In this document: positions 12,564-24,337 of the stretch, one piece after another | Numbering within the stretch: position 1 is the stretch's first letter | How the letters are laid out: each line of letters begins with the position of its first letter | DNA from: Squalus acanthias | Lineage: Eukaryota | NCBI GenBank assembly: GCA_030390025.1 | Contig: CM059433.1 | Span: 2,418,001 to 2,482,000 of the forward strand | DNA length: 64,000 nucleotides | Direction: 5' to 3' | Notes under the pieces: model-generated | Told to the model about the DNA's origin: nothing | What the model saw: the letters and a program-made list of their open reading frames with translations, nothing else | Databases searched by the model: none | Made by a program: the position numbers and the translations under genes

Positions 12564-12989
12564 AAGAAAGAAAGACTTGCATTTATATAGCGCCTTTCAC
12601 GACCACCGGACGTTCAAAGCGCTTCACAGCCAATTAAGTACTTTTTTGAAGTGGAGTCACTGTTGTAATGTGGGAAAAGCGGCAGCCAATTTGCACACAG
12701 CAAGCTCCCACAAACAGCAATGTGATAATGACCCGATAATCTGTTTTAGTGATGTTGATTGAGGGATAAATATTGGCCCCAGGACACCGGGGAGAACTCC
12801 CCTGCTCTTCTTCAAAATAGTGGCCGTTGGATCTTTTACGTCCACCTGAGAGCAGACGGGGCCTCGGTTTAACGTCTCATCCGAAAGACGGCACCTCCGA
12901 CAGTGCAGCACTCGCTCAGTACTGCACTGGGAGCGTCAGCCTAGCTTTGTGCTCAAGTCTCTGGAGTGGAACTGGGAACCCACAACCTT
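12564..12989 (-). mobile_element. DeuSINE (SacSINE1-like), 5'-truncated
   Basis: Reverse complement of the 6957-7412 family, starting with the (AAGA)n tail. Confidence 0.85.
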
Positions 12990-13342
12990 TATTATAATAA
13001 TAATAAAGAACCTAGTTGAAGGTTCAAGGTGCACAGTGCGGGACATGACCAAGATTGAAAAGGGAGAAGCAGAGAGCTGCAAAACAGTTAGGTGACAACA
13101 CAACACTTGGGTTTTAAAAGCTTGCAGTTTGTAAATTATAGGTATTGTCAGAATAACTAACTGATATGCCATGTCTGTGTTGAAAACTTAAAACAAAAGA
13201 TTTATATTCAACATTTAGTTATTGAAGAAACACACCAAGGTTTGTAAGATTTTCCTCTTTGGGGACCCGTTGCCTGAGAGGCGACAACTATCTGCATTCA
13301 TCCTTGGCTGGGTAATTTACATCACCTGGACATACTCCAGGT

Positions 13343-15445
13343 ACAACAACAACTTGTATTTATATAACGTTTTAAAACGTTCCAAGGCGCTTCACAGGAA
13401 TATTGTAAGACAAAAAATTTGACACCGAGCCACATAAAGAGGCCATCAATGTAAGATAGTCACCAAGAAATCCAATAGGGAATTCAGGTGAAACTTCTTT
13501 AGCCAAAGAGTGGAACTCGCTACCACAGGGAGTGGTTGAAGCGAATAGTATGAATGCATTTAAGGGGAGGCTGGACAAGCATATGAGGGAGAAGGGAATA
13601 GAGGGTTATGTTGATAGATTTAGATGAGGAAAGACAGGAGGAGGCTCGAGTGGAGCATAAACGCCGGCATGGACTGGTTGGGCCGAATGGCCTGTTTCTT
13701 TGCCGTATATCCTGTGTAATCCTATGTAAGGATAAATTAGGGCAGGTGACCAAAAGCTTGATCAAAGAGGTAGATTTTAAGGAGCGTCTTAAAGGAGGAA
13801 AGAGAGGTAGCGATGCAGAGAGGTTTAGGGAGGGAATTCCAGAGCTTAGGGCCCAGGCAACAGAAGGCACGGCCACCAATAGTGGAGCGATTATAATCAG
13901 GGATCCTCAAGAGGGCAGAATTAGAGGAGCGCAGATATCTCGGGGGATTGTGGGGCTGGAGGAGATTACAGAGATAGGAAGGAGCGAGGCCATGGAGGGA
14001 TTTGAAAACAAGGATGAGAATTTTAAAATCGAGGCGTTGCTTAACCGGGAGCCAATGTAGATCAGTGAACACAAGGATGATGGGTAAACGGGACTTGGTG
14101 CGAGTTAGGACATGGGTAGCCGAGTTTTGGATGACCTCAAGTTTACGTAGGGTGGAATGTGGGAGGCCAGCCAGGAGTGCGTTGGAATAGTCAAGTCTAG
14201 AGGTAACAAAGGCATGGATGAGGGTTTCAGCAGCAGATGAGCTAAGGCAAGGTCGGAGACGGGCGATGTTATGGAGGTGGAAGTAGGCGGTCTTTGTTAT
14301 GCTGCGGATATGTGGTCGGAAGCTCATTTCAGGGGCAAATATGACACCAAGGTTGCGAACAGTGTGGTTCAGCCTCAGACAGATGTTAGGGAGAGGGATG
14401 GAGTCAATGGCTAAGGAACGGAGTTTGTGGCGGGGACTGAAAACAATGGCTTCGGTCTTCCCATTGGAGAAAATTTCTGCTCATCCAGAACTGGATGTCG
14501 GAAAAGCAGTCTGACAATTTAGAGACAGTGGAGGGGTCGAGAGAAGAGGTAGTGAGGTAGAGCTGGGTTTCGTCCGTGTACATGTGGAAACTGACGCTGT
14601 GTTTTCGAATGATGTCGCCAAGGGGCAACATGTAGATGAGAAATAGGAGGGGGCCAAGGATAGATCCTGGGGAACACCAGAGGTAACAATGTGGGAGTGG
14701 GAAGAGAAGCCATTGCAGGTGATTCTCTGGCTTTGATTAGATAGATAAGAATGGAACCAGGCAAGTGCAGTCCCACCCAGCTGTACGACGGTGGAGAGGC
14801 ATCGGAGAAGGATGGAGTGGTCAACCGTGTCAAAAGCTGCAGACAAGTCAAGAAGGATGAGGAGGGATAGTTTACCTTTGTCACAGTCACAAAGGATGAC
14901 ATTTGTAACTTTGATGAGAGCCGTTTCGGTACTGTGGCAGGGGCGTAAACCTGATTGGAGGGATTCAAAGATGGAATTGCTGGAAAGATATGCACAGATT
15001 TGGGAGGTGACAACATGTTCAAGGACTTTGGAGAGGAAAGGGAGGGAGATGGGGCGGTAGTTTGCAAGGACAGAGGGGTCAAGGGTTGTTTTTTTGAGGA
15101 GAGGGGTGATGACGGCAGATTTGAGGGAGGGGGGACAGTACCTGAGGAGAGAGAACCGTTAACAAGATCAGCTAACATGGGAGCCAGAAAAGGAAGTTGG
15201 GTGGTCAGCAGTTTGGTGGGAATAGGGTCGAGTGAGCAGGAAGTGGGTCTCATGGACTAGATGAGCGCGGAGAGGTCATGAGGGGAGATCGGAGAGAAAC
15301 TGGAGAAAGATGTGAGTTCAGGGCTAGGGCAGGGGGGAAACCTTAGAGGAAGTTTGGCCCAATGGGCTAGGGGAAGGAAGGGAAGTGGCAGAGGCAGCTG
15401 AATGGATGGTCTCAATCTTAGAGACAGAGAAGTCCATGAGCTCCT
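13343..15445 (-). mobile_element. L2-clade LINE, 5'-truncated, decayed RT and 3' end
   Basis: PTSCSLDPIPTKLL, LSAAFDTVDH, GVPQ, FHMYTDETQLY, IHAFVTSRLDYSNALL, LHWLPVKQR; (TTG)n tail. Confidence 0.9.
13438..13729 (+). mobile_element. CR1 3' fragment nested in the L2 3' UTR
   Basis: WNSLPQGVVEA...FKGRLD-type coding and GGGCCGAATGGCCT 3' motif; absent from the homologous L2 copy at 35755-35780. Confidence 0.8.
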
Positions 15446-15509
15446 TACGCCAAGACCAGGGCCTTTTGGGTGCTAACGGGTATCGGCTCCAATTTTTCTC
15501 TTCCCTGCT

Positions 15510-15700
15510 AAAGAAAAAAGAAATAAAGGCTTGCATTTATATAGCGCCTCTCACAACCTCAGGACATCCCAAAGCTCTTTACAGCCAATGAAGTACTTTT
15601 GAAGCATAGTCACTGTAGTAATTTAGGAAAAGCGACAGCCAATTTGCGCACAGCAAGCTCCCACAAACAGCAATGTGAGAATGACCACATCATCTGTTTT
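15510..15700 (-). mobile_element. DeuSINE 3' fragment
   Basis: Matches the tail of the 12564-12989 copy. Confidence 0.75.
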
Positions 15701-16660
15701 AATGGTGCTGCTGCTCCGGGGGAGTGCCAATTCCCCAGGCACAAGGAAGAGGAACACTTACCCTCCGCACAGGTCAGAGGCTGTGGTCTTCACCAGGTCT
15801 TGGATGGAAATGGGGATTTTCAAAGCTGCTTTGCTGCACTGTTTTACCTTTTGCAAGACCGGTATTGGACCCCACAGTTCATTAAGTGGGTGCTTGTGCT
15901 AGTTTTACATCCAGATAAACAACTGCTAATCTTTGTATTGGAGATTTTAAACTTCATACTGAATTTACCCAAGAGAATAATGGGCCTAAGTTCTGAGGGT
16001 TAATAATTTTTATGTGTTAATATCAAGTTGCATTCTCCGGTATGGGTTTAACTCAGCTGGAACTGCTTACTGCAAATGAGCTAAAATCATCAATGAACTC
16101 CGCTATTCGGGGCAGATCTAATTTGATTTTGTAGCATGTATGAGTGGTAATGTGATTTTTGGCACCCATAGCGTTTCTGTGCATCAGGCACCTGCTCCTC
16201 ACATTATGGGGCACTGGAGCCTAAGGCCCGTTCAGCACTCCGCGCACAATGTGCACCATAATATGTCCCAGTCAGAGCCTGTGGCACTCAGAGCCTGTGC
16301 GTCAGTCATGCGCTAAATTCATTCGGGGGCATGAAATGTATGTTAAAGAGGGCTAGGCCCATAATGTATTTGGAATGCCTCAACAGTGCTTCAGATGGTC
16401 AGTGCCCACATAAAATGGGCGATGCATGGGATGCCCCTTCCCTCATGTTGACTATTTGCCGTTAAAGGCTTGCTACACTGTTATAGATTTTGTCTATATG
16501 CTTCTTCGCTGCGTTCCTGTTTTTGAAAGAGAGAGTTATTGAGAGCTTCTCAAAGCTTCACACCATTGCTTTTCTATGCCTGCTTCCTGGGGAACTGTCA
16601 TTGAGCATTGTTTTGACAGAAGCAGTGGGTATCCCTCTGACCATCGTTCTCGATTTATAG

Positions 16661-16702
16661 GTTCTGGAAGATGAGGAGGTTCACATGAGACATGCTAAAC
16701 AG
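16661..16702 (+). other. Weak candidate host micro-exon (VLEDEEVHMRHAKQ)
   Basis: TTTATAG acceptor, 42-nt open frame, CAG|GTGTGT donor, in non-repeat sequence; peptide not recognised. Confidence 0.2.
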
Positions 16703-17046
16703 GTGTGTTCGATCCTTCGGGGATCAGTTAGGGCCTGTTGTTATGTTAACAGGGCTGGATAATTGTATCAAAATATAACAGAAGAAACCTGAACATGGAG
16801 ACCGCAGCCCCCAAATTCCGATCTGGATTCTGGGGCAGAGAGCGAGTGGATCACCCGCCTGTGGCTAAAATTTGACATGGAACCCGGTTCTACTGGGCTT
16901 CTGCCCCATTTTTTCCATCTAGCCATTTTCTGGTACGGGGAGAGAGGAGGGTGGATCTTCTGCCCACCCTCCTATGTCAGGAGAACTCTCTTGTCAGCTG
17001 AGAGCTATGACATGTTTCTGAAAACCCGAAACCTTTAGAGTCTATA

Positions 17047-17877
17047 GGGGGCGATTTTGGCAAGGGGGGCGTGTTGGAGGCGGGACTGCTGCTTGGCGGG
17101 TTTCAGTCCCGCCTCCATCGATTTGTGGCCAACCCACGCTATTTTCCCTTGATTGACCCAGCGGGTTTAGCAGGCCAATTAAGGGAAAGCTGGTTACAGA
17201 GAACGTCAACGTATGACGTTTCATCTGTCAAAAACTTTTGACAGATGAATTGTCATCGTTTGACAGCTCTGTGAAGCTGTCAAACACTGACATTCTCTAT
17301 AGTTTGGTGAGGTCTTGAATTCAAGACCTCATCAAACTTCTTTCTTTTACAGAAATGAGATGGTTGTTGCATTGGAGAATGTAACGGCCATCTCTCATCT
17401 CGACCGCGGAGGTCCGAGACTCTCCGCATACACACCGACTGAAGCCCGCAGGGAGAAACAAAGGTAAGTACACTTTTACTAACACTTTGCACTTACCTCA
17501 GATACTCACCTCTCCACTCTTGCACCCATCACTTACCTCCACAGCGCACTTTTGCCCCCCTCCGACCCCCGCAGACCCACTACACACCTCGCTGAGCTGG
17601 CGGGTTTCGGAACCTTCGGGAAGCCTGCACTTGTGAGGGCAAAAAGGGGATGATCCTATTGTCTGCCTGTTTACTACCTGTTAATAGGCAGTTAAGTGGC
17701 TTTAATCCCTTCCCGCCTCCAAGGAGACGGGACCCAGCGCGGGACAGCTACCTGCGTCCTGGCAAGATGGCACGGAGGTGGGTTGGGGGCGGGTTGGGCA
17801 CCCGCCCCCAAATTCTGCCATTTTCCCGGCAGTCCCGCCTCCATACCCACCTCCCCAGGGCTGGCAAAATCGCCCCC
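17047..17877. mobile_element. Harbinger-type MITE family A
   Basis: TIRs GGGGGCGATTTTG / CAAAATCGCCCCC; flanks ATA/ATT; homologous to 58592-59442 and 33811-34712. Confidence 0.85.
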
Positions 17878-18070
17878 ATTGAGTCATAATGGCATAGAAG
17901 GAGGCCATTCAGCCCATCGAGTCCGTACCGGCTCTCTGTAGAGCAATCCAGTCAGTCCCATTCCCCCGCTCTATCCCCGTAGCCCTGCATGTTTATTTCC
18001 CTCAAGTGCCTATCCAGTCTCCCCTTGAAAACATTGAGTGTCTCCGCTTCCACCACTTCCGTCGGTAGTG
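17878..18070 (-). mobile_element. CR1 3' fragment
   Basis: SLPTEVVEAETLNVFKGRLDRHL; same family as 62970-63447. Its tail repeat continues at 17036-17046 on the far side of the MITE. Confidence 0.8.
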
Positions 18071-19174
18071 AAAGATAATCAGTCGCAGAGGGGATCAATT
18101 CATCAATTATCTTCCCCAAGACACCTGCTTGTTCCATTGGGAACAGAAGATTTTAAGACAAAATTTTTAGTTCGGTTCTTCCAGGCCCCCCTCTCCACCA
18201 TTGGAGTGACACGGCGCCTCTGTCATTCTGGCTGATATCACGTGCTCCCTTTGTTACATTGGGAACTGGGAACTGTTGCTGCCATTTCCCCCACACCCCC
18301 GCCCCTCTTCATTTGCAGGACAGCTTTAAGACACAGCAGCCTCTAGATGTGTAGGGGCAGTGTCTGAACCCAATTCACCTCCCAGCTTGCCATTTTAACC
18401 AGTTTTCAATCTATTTGATTTCAGCAGTAATTTTAACAGACATTAGCACATTTCATTGACTATAAAATGTGTAAATTAATAACAGAGCAGTAGTAAAAAA
18501 AATGGAGGCAAGTTATTCAAGAGGTTTAGATGTTGCCATCATTCATTTGTAGATCTGATCTTACGATTTAATTCATGGCCCACTCCCATGATTTGAGACC
18601 TCCGCACTTTTCAATTAAAGTACAGCATCATTACTTCCTCCCAGCAATTCATTTTTTCCCCTTTTTTTTTTCAAACGTTGCATTCATCAAGGTAAAGGAT
18701 GTTAATGCTGGAGAATTAAACATTTTCCCATAAAGAAAAAAGAATGGATTCCATGTCACTTACACCAGAAATTGCTCTCCCAGCTTGGAGAAGCTTTACC
18801 CTCTGGGACTGTGCATCAGGAGTTTGAGTGCACTCCCCGCATGATTCTCCATGAAGTAAATTACTGCTTTGTTTTAATACAGATCGGCTGCATTTGGAGC
18901 TCTAGTAGAAATGGAATTTAATATTTAATAGTACGACCCAATACAAAAACATAGCGTGAAGCTATATTTATTGTAAGATGTTCACAGACTACTTATAATC
19001 CTCCCCTCATTTGTACTTATGCTCATTTAATCATTTGAGTGAAACCATATTTAAAGTTAAAAATCCTCTATTCTCATAAATAGAACCTTTCACAATAATC
19101 TTTCCTCAAATAAATGACTAATACGCTGGCTGACACTAGTCAGTGAAAGGCATAAATTGTGTGTGGCCCATTTA

Positions 19175-20948
19175 TAAGAACATAAGAAATAGGAGCAGGA
19201 GTCGGCCATTCGGCCCCTCGAGCCTGCTCCACCATTCAATAAGATCATGGCTGAACATCGACCTCAACTCCACTTTCCTGCACTATCCCCATATCCCTTG
19301 ATTCCCTTAATATTTAAAAATCTATTGATCACTGTCTTGAATATCTTCTTCTCTTCTTAGGCAGTCCCTCGGAACCGAGGATGACTTGCTTCCACACTAA
19401 AAATGAGTTCTTAGGTGACTGATGAGTCCAATGCGGGACCTACAGTCTCTGTCACAGGTGGGGCAGATGGTGGTTGAAGGGACGGGTGGGTGGGGTGCTT
19501 GGGTTGACGTGCGCTCCTTCTGCTGTTTGCGCTTGGCTTCCGCTTGCTCCTGGCGAAAAGACTCGAGGTGTTTGGCGCCTTCCCGGATGCTTCTCCTCCA
19601 CTTTGTGCGGTCTTGGGCCAGGGATTCCCAGGTGTCAGTGGGATGTTGCACTTTTTCAAGGAGGCTTTGAGGGTGTCCTTGAAGCGTTTCCTCTGTCTAC
19701 CTGGGGCTCTTTTGCCGTGTCGGAGCTCCGAGTAGAGCGCTTGTTTTGGGAGTCTTGTATCGGGCATGCGGACGATGTGACCCGTCCATCGGAGCTGATC
19801 GAGCGTGGTCAAAGCTTCGATGCTGGGGATGTTGGCCTGAGCGAGAACACTGATGTTGGTACACCTATCCTGCCAATGGATTTTTAGGATCTTGCAGAGG
19901 CAGCGTTGGTGGTACCTCTCCAGTGCTTTGAGGTGCCTGCTGTACATGGTCCATGTCTCTGAAGCACACAGGAGGGCGGGTAGCACTACTGCTCTGTAGA
20001 CCATGAGCTTGGTGCTGGGTTTGAGGTCCTGGTCTTCAAATACTTTCTTCCTCAGGCGACCGAAGGCTGCACTGGCACACTGAAAGGCAGTGTTGGACTT
20101 CGTCATCGACGTCTGCCCTTGTTGACAGTAGGCTCCTGAGGTATGGAAAGTGGTCCACGTTGTCCAAGGCCTCGTCATGGATTTTGATAATCGGGGGGCA
20201 GTACTGTGTGGCGGGGGCAGGTTGGTAGAGGACCTTTGTCTTACGGATGTTTAGTTTAAGGCCCATGCTCTCATATGCTTCGGTGAAGGTGTTGACGATG
20301 GTTTGGAGTTCAGCCTCAGAGTGTCCGCAGACACAAGCGTCGTCTGCATACTGTAATTCGATGACAGAGGATGGGACAACCTTGGATCTGGACTGGAGGC
20401 GACGGAGGTTGAACAGTTTCCCGTTTGTTCTGTAGGTTAGCTCTACTCCAGCGGGGAGCTTACTGAGGGTGAGGGTGTCTTGAATATACTCAACAACTGA
20501 GCCTCCACAGCCCTCTGGGGTAGAGAATTCCAAAGATTCACCACCCTCTGAGTGAAGAAATTTCTCCTCATTTCAGTCCTAAATGGCCGACCCCTTATTC
20601 TGAGACTGTGACCCCTGGTTCTAGACTCCCCAGCCAGGGGAAACATCCTCCCTGCATCTATCCTGTCAAGCCCTGTAAGAATTTTGTATCTTTCAATGAG
20701 ATCACCTCTCATTCTTCTAAACTCTAGAGAATATAGGCCCAGTCTACTCAATCTCTCCACATAGGACAATCCCCCCATCCCAGGAACTGGTCTGGTGAAC
20801 CTTCGTTGCAGTTCCTCTATGGCAAGGATACCAAAACTGCACACAATACTCCAGGTGCGGTCTCACCAGGGCCCTGTATAATTGCAGTAAGACGTCTTGA
20901 CTCTTATACTCAAATCCTCTTGAAATAAAGGCCAACATATCATTTGCT
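19175..20948 (-). mobile_element. CR1 LINE 3' portion, interrupted by an RTE
   Basis: LYRALVRPHLEYCVQFW, LGLYSLEFRRMRGDL, FFTQRVVNLWNSLP; tail at 19175-19190. Confidence 0.9.
19345..20475 (-). mobile_element. RTE-clade LINE, 5'-truncated, nested in CR1
   Basis: LQYADD, GLKLNIRKTKV, RWTGHIVRMPDTRLPKQ; 12-bp TSD TGTCTTGAATAT at 19333-19344 and 20476-20487. Confidence 0.92.
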
Positions 20949-22499
20949 AAGGAACTAAGACACATGGAACTCTATCAAGTGAAAATTGCAGCACTAACTT
21001 TTAGGGCTAATATTTGAAATAAATTCCAAACCTCAATGAGCCATTTCATGAATACTGAGTTTTTGCCTGTTCCTTTAATGAAATGATTATGTGAGTGTTC
21101 AGATTGTGCGCTCATTATTACTTTCCTGTCTTGCTAGGACTTTGTCATCTGTGGTTTGCTACCTTTAGAGACTTAATTTGCAAATGCTGTGTGACCTGTG
21201 CAAGAATTAACGGGAGAATTTGAAATGCCAAGTTCATAATAATCAAGTCCTGTTGCCACCAGTCTATAAAACTGCCATCTTTCAGCCTCTACTAAAACAG
21301 CTATTGGCACTTGAAATAAAAATAGAAATGTAGATTTAAATGTCAATATTTAAAAGAGAAAGATCGGTTAACTTTTTAAGTGGAATCCATCATCGGAACT
21401 CAATTCACCTTTTTAAAAATATTGACGCTAAGGGGATCAGTCAGTCAGTAGTGACCAAAGTCATTTCAGAAGTCACCATTGTTTTTCTTGGTTATGCAGC
21501 TCTCGATATCAGCTTTTTAACATGCCCGTTGCAGTAACAGAGAGCCAGGAGATTCCGTGTGATGGCTTCCCTGTATTATTAGGCGTGGAGACCTGAAGCC
21601 TGCTCCACCCAGCATGCCATAATGTGAGTGGGCTGGCCTAATACAAGTAGCACGCCACTCACTCACTAACAATGGGGTGCTGAAGGGAGACGCTGTATTT
21701 AAAACATCATTTTTTCCCGACTGGCTCTGATCTTGCCCTCGGGCCGCTCAACGTAACTGTTGGGCCTTGAAAGGTCGATTTTTCTTGGGTGCTGGTCTCT
21801 TTCCCTCCCTGCACCACCCCCTCCCCCCCCACCCCCACCTCCCCGACCCTCCACAAAAGGCGGTAGGCCATCTATATGCTGCTGGTGCGGAAAATGTGGC
21901 CTCCACAAGCTTGGTGCTCTCCCAATGCGTTACAAGCAGCATGCCCGGAGCAAAGGTTACATGTTGAAATGAGGTGACCTCACACTATGGGGCGAGGTCA
22001 GTCCACTCGGGTGCAGGTGCCTGGGACATCTGCAGGTCACCAGCTCTGTCAGCGCTGTACGAGGACTCCATTACCGGCCCACCTTTGTCATTGGTGACTT
22101 CCTCAATGTCTTATTGTCCATTGATTGTGACCATTTGTTGTGCACTTATGGAGTGCACGTATTCAAGCGTATTATAGTACTATCGGTATTATAGGGTTTA
22201 CAGTGTTTTGCACTGGGAGCGCAGGCGCACAACACAAATAGCAGGATTGTTAAAATTGGGAAAGCAGGCCCTGTGCCCAATTAATACCAGGCTGCAATTT
22301 AGCACTCAGCTACATGTAGCGAGCTGAGTTGCTCGTGCCTGTTTTAAACCTTAGCTTCATTAAGGCACCAGATTCACTGCAAAAATATTTAATTAACATC
22401 CAGCTCGATCTTGCAGCTTTCGAGCCAGATTTGTAACATCTTGAAGCTCTGTGTGTGAAAGAGCCCTTAAACTGCAAGAGGCTTTGTATATTTTTAGTG

Positions 22500-22585
22500 A
22501 GAAGTCGCACAACACCAGGTTATAGTCCGACAGTTTTACTTGAAATCACAAGCTTTCGGAGCGGCTGCTCCTTCGTCAGGTGAAG
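22500..22585 (-). mobile_element. 86-bp Penelope terminal-repeat insertion containing a hammerhead motif (22546-22583)
   Basis: Similar to 9390-9476; 11-bp TSD TATTTTTAGTG at 22489-22499 and 22586-22596. Confidence 0.85.
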
Positions 22586-22716
22586 TATTTTTAGTGGCAG
22601 TGTTTACCATCCCTTTCTAGTATGTTGTTTTTAGTAGAGTATCTTCCCATATTTCTGCAATTTTCATTAATGATATGTATTTCTGGAACAATTTTGGGGG
22701 GTCAATTTCTAGGTCA

Positions 22717-23123
22717 ACTCCAGGGACTTGAGCACATAAATCTAGGCTGACACTCCAGTGCCAGTGCTGAGGGAGTGCCGCACTGTCGGAGGTGCCATCT
22801 TTTGGATGAGACGTTAAACCGAGGCCCCGTCTGCTCTCTCAGGTGGACGTAAAAGATCCCATGACACTATTTTGAAGAAGAGCAGGGGCCGTTCTCCCCG
22901 GTGTCCTGGCCAATATTTATCCCTCAACCAACATAACAAAAAACGATTATCTGGTCATTATCACATTGCTGTTTGTGGGAGCTTGCTGTGCGGAAATTGG
23001 CTGCCGCGTTTCCCACATTACAACAGTGACTCCACTTCAAAAGTACTTAATTGGCTGTAAAGCGCTTTGAGACGTCCGGTGGTCGTGAAAGGTGCTATAT
23101 AAATGCAAGTTTTTCTTTCTTTT
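22717..23123 (+). mobile_element. DeuSINE (SacSINE1-like), 5'-truncated
   Basis: Matches 7022-7412. Confidence 0.85.
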
Positions 23124-23604
23124 ACTCATTATGGCAGATTTCTCATTTTTTTTAAGGCCTTAAATACAGCATTTTATGATTGAAGTGGTGTAAAATGAAA
23201 GAAGGCACGTTGCAGAGATCAGTAGGGACCAGACCAATGACCTCAGCTTGTTCCAGGTTATCAGAAACCCAGTGGCAGCGATTTCCCATCGTCATCCAGG
23301 ACAGCTGCAGCCAAATTGCAACATAGGGACCGCACTGCCCAGGGTCACTACTGTTATGCCTCTGGCTCATTCCCACCCAGCTCTGTGATTATCAGCTAAT
23401 GTGCTGGCCAAACATGTATGCAGTTGGTGACTGCTGCGTCAGTTAGAAAGACTTTCATCTCATTTCCCACTAAATCGCGTGACCTGGCTGCCCAGTAGTG
23501 CCACGTGCCCAAGCTCAGTCCATCCTGAGTGTCAGTAAGTGACCATGTTCATGTAACAAAGCTTTGACGTGAAGATGTGAGTGTGGCAATGTTTTCAATT
23601 CTAT

Positions 23605-24337
23605 GGCCCAGAAATTGATCTCGCTCTGTTCCCGCGGGGGTAAGCCTTCCCCGCGATGTCTCACCTCGCTTGTGCTTTTTCAGATCCAGCTCGCACGAAC
23701 TTGATGTTCCAGACATCAGCTGTGCTGGGCTTGCGTATCCCAGCGGCGTAGTGAATTCGTGCGAGCTGTGGGATCACGTGACTCAGTTAGAGCCAATGGC
23801 AGCACACCATCTTCCATTCATAAGTTTCACAGACCTGCTGTGAAATCTATGAATCTTACACCCCCCCAAAATAACAGCTAAACCTCAATTAAATTTAAAA
23901 AAAAAACCATCACATTAATAAAATAAGTATAGTTAATTAAATTAACCATTTTAAATAAAAAATTAAATTTTTGAAAAAATTTAAAATCTTTTAAAAAGTT
24001 ATAAAAATAAACTTACCTGTCTTTAAAGTCTCTAAAAAAGATATACCTGTAAAAAAAAAATTAAAAAAAGACTTAATTCACTACTTACCTTCTTAAAAGC
24101 GGGTCTTACTCCTCCTTTTTACATTTCCAAAATCTTCAGTACTTACCTGCGCGTCCAAAGCATGAAGTGCACAGCGTGCGCGCAGCCTGTAGCGCGCACG
24201 CGATGCACCCAGGACCCGCCCCCTTTTCAGAAGAGCAATTGCCGGTTTTCAGCGCATGCGCAGGGCATGCAGAAAACCGGCAATTGGAGTGGGAATACGC
24301 GAGAGTACTCTCGCGTCCCGGGACCAATTTTCGGCCC
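23605..24337. mobile_element. Harbinger-type MITE with AT-rich core
   Basis: Imperfect TIRs GGCCCAGAAATTGATC / GACCAATTTTCGGCCC; TSD TAT on both sides. Confidence 0.8.

Noticed and set aside
15700..15920. Possible minus-strand exon ending at a GTAAGT donor near 15760
   Set aside because: No convincing acceptor and no recognisable peptide.
20036..20844. ORFs that seem to join CR1 and RTE domains
   Set aside because: Artefact of the RTE insertion into CR1, which is delimited by a 12-bp TSD.
21540..22310. Possible old MITE(s)
   Set aside because: Terminal matches are too weak to set boundaries.
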